Positions 36,235 to 40,240 of a stretch of 40,240 nt of DNA are shown in pieces (the first letter of the stretch is position 1; each line of letters starts with the position of its first letter). Source of the stretch: a virus (taxonomy: Duplodnaviria; Caudoviricetes); IMG/VR virus record IMGVR_UViG_3300037484_000669, positions 1 to 40,240 of that record; one strand, 5' to 3'. A program made the translations under genes and the position numbers. The notes under the pieces are model-generated. The model saw nothing but the letters and a program-made list of their open reading frames with translations, did not search any database and was not told where the DNA came from.

Positions 36235-36671
36235 TTGCTCGCCGCCTTCCCGCCAACGAGTTCCCAAGGTCTCAACGCAACGAACATACCTCGTGCGTTG
36301 GAAACATTGGTAAAGCCAGCATGCGAAGGGTGTGGGTCATGCCGTAGTTCGCCATCACGAAAGGCGGCCGCGTGATAAGTTCCGCGCTCGGTTTCTCCAT
36401 TGCCCTCATGCCAAAGCCCTTCGAGGCCAATTAGATCGCTAAACGCCTGGTCCATTTCCATCGCGATAAAGGCGAGACCGTAGGGACGAAGGAACCCATT
36501 GAGTCGTTGATTTGCAACAGCCATTTCGCAGCCGTCGTGAAGGAAATGCGGAACATCATCGATTGGTAAACCGAGCAGGTTGGCGATGGTCGTCCGGAAA
36601 CAATCGCCGTGAGAGTTCGGCGGATCGTGTTTGACGACCTGATCTTGGCGGCGAAAATGAGGATCGGTCAC
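36231..36671 (-). CDS. Papain-fold/C39-like cysteine hydrolase-like phage protein
   Basis: Q...GDCFRTTIANLL...YHAAAF...HDP gives Cys-His-Asp in catalytic order. Confidence 0.6.
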   Translation of the reverse strand: MTDPHFRRQDQVVKHDPPNSHGDCFRTTIANLLGLPIDDVPHFLHDGCEMAVANQRLNGFLRPYGLAFIAMEMDQAFSDLIGLEGLWHEGNGETERGTYHAAAFRDGELRHDPHPSHAGFTNVSNARGMFVALRPWELVGGKAASK

Positions 36672-36970
36672 TTGCCCACCGTTTCGCTACGAATGTCGCA
36701 GCCGTCGGCGGTGATGCCCTCACGCTGCCTGCTGTTGGGCTCCGCGGTGACGGGTGCGACGCTGAGGGCAGCGCGTAGCGCATCCATCACCTCGTGCAGC
36801 GTCCGCACCGGTTCGCTGCTGCGTGGGCAGTCAGCACGGCACCAATCCTCGTAGGTGTCTACCACTGCCTGCGCGGTGGAGCGGAGTGGATTGTCTGGTG
36901 AGCACTTGTCGCAATGGGCCCGGAATCTCAAGGCGCCGTGGCATACCGAGCAGACGTATTCGCTGGCCAT
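36668..36970 (-). CDS. Zn-finger hypothetical protein
   Basis: CSVC-x8-CDKC; GGAGG RBS. Confidence 0.55.
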   Translation of the reverse strand: MASEYVCSVCHGALRFRAHCDKCSPDNPLRSTAQAVVDTYEDWCRADCPRSSEPVRTLHEVMDALRAALSVAPVTAEPNSRQREGITADGCDIRSETVGK

Positions 36971-37004
36971 CAGCGTGCCCTCCGTCCGCCGATGGAGACG
37001 GGTT

Positions 37005-37205
37005 CGGTCGCCATGGTTCCGCCATGGTTCAGCGTCTTGCTGCGTCTTCTAGCTGGCGCAACGGGCCTTGAAATGCCTCGTTTTCCTGCCAGTTCTCGAT
37101 TGCCACTTTGCAGCTGAGCTAGTGGCGCTTGAGTTGCTTTTGCCCGTTTTGCCGAGCTTTTATCCGCTTCCTGGTGTCCTTCGCCATGGTCAGCACCATG
37201 GTTCT
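37005..37205. other. Candidate attP with integrase arm-type repeats
   Basis: Two pairs of (C)(G/A)CCATGGT direct repeats (CCATGG at 37011/37022 and 37184/37196) flank the int stop; GCGTCTT repeated at 37032 and 37042. Confidence 0.55.
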
Positions 37206-38213
37206 GGGCGCCAGGTTCACCGCGTTCTTGGCACGGTCGAGCCTGCCTGGCAACAAATGGGCGTAGATTTCGGTCACCCTGGTGGTTGAATGACCAAGGA
37301 TTTCGGCGAGCAGTTGCATGTCCGGCACAGCGGCCAGGAAGTTCGACGCGAAGGTGTGCCGGAACATGTGCGGGTTCCCGCGCACCCCTGTTCGCTTCAG
37401 GATCGCCCAGAACGAGTCTTTGGGGAAGTCGGTGAACCTGCGACCGTTGCGGTTTGGAAATACTACCGTAGGGTGCTTGCGAGTGCAGGAGAGCACGGCC
37501 CGAATGGAGTCCGACATGGGCACGTCGCGACTGTGCCCGTTCTTGGGCTGCCAATACTCGTTGGCCTCGACCCGAATCAGGCCGGCGTCGAAGTCGATCC
37601 AGCGCCACTCCGCTGCCAGCGCTTCTCCCTTTCGGCACCCTGTGTTGGCCAGGAATAGGAGCATCGGCAACAAGTCCGGGTAGAGCTGTCGGGTAGCCGC
37701 GAAGATCTTCTCGAGCTCGTCGAGCGTCCAGAACTTCACCCGATCCGAGGTGCGGCTCTTGTACTTCTCGAACGGCAGGTCGGGGATTGCGTAGCCCGCT
37801 CGCTTTGCCCAGTTCAGGATCCTGCGCAGCACTCGAAGCTCGTTGTTTACCGACGCAGCGCTGATTGTCTCGCGCCGACGGGCCTTGAAGCGGTCGATCG
37901 CGCCGACTGTGAGCTTGTCGGTCTTGGCGCTCCCAAGGTGTTCTGAGAGCGTAGCAACTTGGTAGACTCTGACTTTTTTCCATGTTGATTCCTTCAGGTG
38001 CGCTTCAGCGTGGAGTGCGTACTCCTTGCAGAGATCGGAGAATAGAATGGCGCTTCTTCGTGCGTCGCCCTGGGTCTGGAGTTCGATCCGCTTTCGCGAC
38101 TCGAACTTGTCCCCGTCCGCCTTCGAGCCCTCGACGATCCACTCCAACGGTTTCCCGTTGCTCCAGATCACTATTCTTCGAGTTCCCTTGCGACGGCCTG
38201 GGTAGTTTGGCAT
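37119..38213 (-). CDS. int: Tyrosine recombinase/integrase
   Basis: TGCRKGE (R), PKNG (K), HMFRH, LGH, IYAH (Y); AGGAG RBS before ATG 38213. Confidence 0.95.
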   Translation of the reverse strand: MPNYPGRRKGTRRIVIWSNGKPLEWIVEGSKADGDKFESRKRIELQTQGDARRSAILFSDLCKEYALHAEAHLKESTWKKVRVYQVATLSEHLGSAKTDKLTVGAIDRFKARRRETISAASVNNELRVLRRILNWAKRAGYAIPDLPFEKYKSRTSDRVKFWTLDELEKIFAATRQLYPDLLPMLLFLANTGCRKGEALAAEWRWIDFDAGLIRVEANEYWQPKNGHSRDVPMSDSIRAVLSCTRKHPTVVFPNRNGRRFTDFPKDSFWAILKRTGVRGNPHMFRHTFASNFLAAVPDMQLLAEILGHSTTRVTEIYAHLLPGRLDRAKNAVNLAPRTMVLTMAKDTRKRIKARQNGQKQLKRH

Positions 38214-38367
38214 GGCTCCTCGGAACGTACTCCTCGATTGCCCAAGACGGTATGCGCCAGAACTTTCCGGCCTTTTTCGCGGGCAGTTCGCCGCGTTCAC
38301 ACATAGAGCGGACGAGCTTATCGCTGACCTTGAGTAGCGGGGCCACCTCTTTTGGTGTTAGGAGCAT
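38005..38367 (-). CDS. xis: Excisionase-like HTH_17 protein
   Basis: MLLTPKEVAPLLKVSDKLVRSMCERGELPAKKAGKFWRIP; GGAGGAG RBS; frame continues 209 nt into int. Confidence 0.85.
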   Translation of the reverse strand: MLLTPKEVAPLLKVSDKLVRSMCERGELPAKKAGKFWRIPSWAIEEYVPRSHAKLPRPSQGNSKNSDLEQRETVGVDRRGLEGGRGQVRVAKADRTPDPGRRTKKRHSILRSLQGVRTPR

Positions 38368-38834
38368 CAGAAGGCTCCTCCGAATGCGATCGACATGCCC
38401 GCTTGCTCTGGAGTACGGCCGTTCTTGACGCAGTTGCATCGTTTGCACGCAGTGACCAGATTGGTTTCCTCGTTCGTTCCGCCTAGGATTACCGGAAGTA
38501 CGTGATCGATCGTGAGGAGTTCAGCACTTCCGCAATAGACGCAGTGCTTGTCACGATCGAAGATCCGGAGCCTGATGGTCAATGGCATGTGGTGTCGTTT
38601 TCCGTCGCCTACTGGTGACGGAGATGGCGGAACGGGCTCCGGTCGGTTGACCCGAACCCACTGCCGTATTTGCTCCTCGGAAACCCGCCACTCTGAACGA
38701 CCGAAATCAACGCCACCGGCGAGGCGCATGATGCGAAGTATTTTGCGCTTTCGCATGCGTTCAGCGTTGTCGTTTTCGCCCTTGTCGAGCCGAAGGATCG
38801 TGGCGACATCAACCCAGGTGAGTAGAGGGCTCAT
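38367..38834 (-). CDS. HNH endonuclease with N-terminal Xis-like HTH
   Basis: RDKHCVYCG...TIDHVLP...GG...NLVTACKRCN..K; N-terminus LLTWVDVATILRL...WRVSEEQIRQWV. Confidence 0.88.
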   Translation of the reverse strand: MSPLLTWVDVATILRLDKGENDNAERMRKRKILRIMRLAGGVDFGRSEWRVSEEQIRQWVRVNRPEPVPPSPSPVGDGKRHHMPLTIRLRIFDRDKHCVYCGSAELLTIDHVLPVILGGTNEETNLVTACKRCNCVKNGRTPEQAGMSIAFGGAF

Positions 38835-39040
38835 CTCCGGTTCCTCCGCTTGTATTCCTGGTAATAAAAACGCCTAATTATCGCGACCCACCCGAACGCA
38901 ATAACGATCGGGGCTGGTACGAATAGGATAAACTCAACGAAGCTGGTGAAATTTTCACTCATCGCATCACCCTCCCATCCGTACACATTGGCAATCGCTT
39001 CCATTGCGTCGACATTATCGACATATTCAATCCTCGACAT
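38831..39040 (-). CDS. Small single-TM protein
   Basis: Hydrophobic FILFVPAPIVIAFGWVAII followed by a basic tail; coupled to the HNH gene. Confidence 0.45.
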   Translation of the reverse strand: MSRIEYVDNVDAMEAIANVYGWEGDAMSENFTSFVEFILFVPAPIVIAFGWVAIIRRFYYQEYKRRNRR

Positions 39041-40240
39041 TTACCCAGCCGTGCTCGCGATCGTACTGGCGAGCGACAGACTGGATCGACCACTCAGGAA
39101 GCTCAATCGTCCTATGCTCGCTGTGCTCGACGGCTAAATAATCACCAGTTCGGTGCACTAGTTTTCGCTCGTCACCTAGGTCGAACACCTCAAATGTCCC
39201 TCCTGTTAGTGAATGCGAATGTCCTGTGGCGGAACCGCTAACGAGTGATGCGCCGAGAAGTTTTTTCAGGCCAGTTGTGTCTCGCTCAGCTGCAGCATGG
39301 AACACGAGATCCCCGTGACGCACGGACCAATCCCGCTCCAGACCGTCGTTACACTCGTCGACAGACGGCCATGTTCCGTCGGCTCGCCGAGTTCGCCATG
39401 TGCGAGCGGCGCGCGCGCTATTGAGTCCAGGATCAACCGCTTCAATGTACCGCGGCTGCGTCTCGTCCTTGAGTGGAGCAGATTGCAACGAGATCCATTT
39501 CGGCTGTGTCTCAGCAAACGATGTCTCGGACTCGAGTAATTCGTAATATAGAGAGCATATCTGCCCGTCCTCGCCACCCGAGATGATATTGCAAGAGTCA
39601 ATCACGCGAGTGCCGAGTTTCTCCAGGAAGTTACTCCATCCGAGTCTCTCTGCTAGCGCACGCACGATTTCGCTATTTCTAATTTCGGCGATTTCTTTTC
39701 GCGTGTACGACTCTGGTGATTCGATTACCCGGCGCGGGACTCGGACGCCGTGCCAATAATAAACACTCGTGCCGTCGCGCCACGAAACCGCCGGTCCGTT
39801 ATCGCAATGCGCTCGGCTCTGCTCGTCCGTGCATATCACGTTTGGTCTGTCGCACACAATCGCGTGGTTGTCGTGAATTCTGCGCGGTCCGCCGTGAATC
39901 GCGTATTTTTCATGGGCGTCATAGAAAGCCGTGGTCGGCAAATACTTAGCTACGCGAACAGCAAACCCGACTTTTACGCACAGCCACGGCCGGAGATTTC
40001 CGCCATCTATCCAGCTGCGATACCACCAAACTCGCGCTACGCATTGTCGGAGAAAATCCACCAATTTGTCATCTGTGGCGATGGCTTCGCTGGCGGTGGC
40101 GATGGCTTCGCTGGCGGTGGCGATGGCGTCGGCGGCGTTGGCGTCGGCGGCGTTGGCGGCGTTGGCGGCGTTGGTGGCGGCGTTGGTGGCGGCGTTGGTG
40201 GCGGCTTCGCTGGCGGCGTTGGCGGCGTTGGTGGCGTCGG
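39027..40240 (-). CDS. DUF6745-type protein fused to a His-rich (RxGD/GH.H/HxEH) domain; 5' end outside the window
   Basis: HCDNGPAVSWRDGTSVYYWHGVRVP, IRNSEIVR, RHGDL...GSATGHSH...HSEH...RQYD; frame stays open to the window edge through the Ala/Asn/Thr repeat. Confidence 0.8.
   Translation of the reverse strand, partial: DATNAANAASEAATNAATNAATNAANAANAADANAADAIATASEAIATASEAIATDDKLVDFLRQCVARVWWYRSWIDGGNLRPWLCVKVGFAVRVAKYLPTTAFYDAHEKYAIHGGPRRIHDNHAIVCDRPNVICTDEQSRAHCDNGPAVSWRDGTSVYYWHGVRVPRRVIESPESYTRKEIAEIRNSEIVRALAERLGWSNFLEKLGTRVIDSCNIISGGEDGQICSLYYELLESETSFAETQPKWISLQSAPLKDETQPRYIEAVDPGLNSARAARTWRTRRADGTWPSVDECNDGLERDWSVRHGDLVFHAAAERDTTGLKKLLGASLVSGSATGHSHSLTGGTFEVFDLGDERKLVHRTGDYLAVEHSEHRTIELPEWSIQSVARQYDREHGWVNVED
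40075..40240 (-). repeat. Coding low-complexity repeat (GCC/AAC/ACC codons; AATN, ANA, ATASEAI units)
   Basis: Directly visible 9-, 12- and 21-nt units, all multiples of 3. Confidence 0.9.

Noticed and set aside
37112-37132. GCTAGTGGCGC as a tRNA-Leu-derived att core
   Set aside because: Too short and lacks a T-arm or acceptor 3' half; cannot be supported without the host sequence.
36970-37983. 337-aa alternate-frame ORF over the integrase
   Set aside because: Arg/Pro/Gly-rich, no motifs; a GC-rich shadow frame.
40075-40240. DGR template repeat (AAC-rich)
   Set aside because: No matching variable repeat or reverse transcriptase in the window; explained as coding low complexity.
1-40240. 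Alternative genetic code
   Set aside because: Core genes are full length under code 11 and use TAA, TAG and TGA as stops.

Overview
About 40 kb of a temperate, contractile-tailed (myovirus-like) bacteriophage genome, with almost all genes on the minus strand. In transcription order (right to left) the early region holds a DUF6745-type fusion protein, an HTH-HNH nuclease, Xis and a tyrosine integrase with a candidate intact attP overlapping the integrase 3' end. Next come a chain of tiny coupled ORFs, a Dam-type methylase, an orphan classic-clade AAA ATPase, a RusA-like resolvase, a replication initiator with a perfect 14 x 7-nt repeat and a DnaC-like loader. Putative late regulators and a tRNA-Met(CAT) precede a complete Mu-like morphogenesis operon: TerS/TerL, portal, protease-scaffold, capsid, neck, sheath, tube, two paralogous chaperones, tape measure, baseplate and fibres. 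The late operon is interrupted by a P63C-domain gene with a structured leader and by an inverted four-gene membrane/lipoprotein cassette whose Cys motif suggests a myxobacterial (Polyangiaceae/Sorangium-like) host. No lysis genes, repressor, transposase, reverse transcriptase or CRISPR array were seen. All family calls come from motif recognition and synteny, not database searches.
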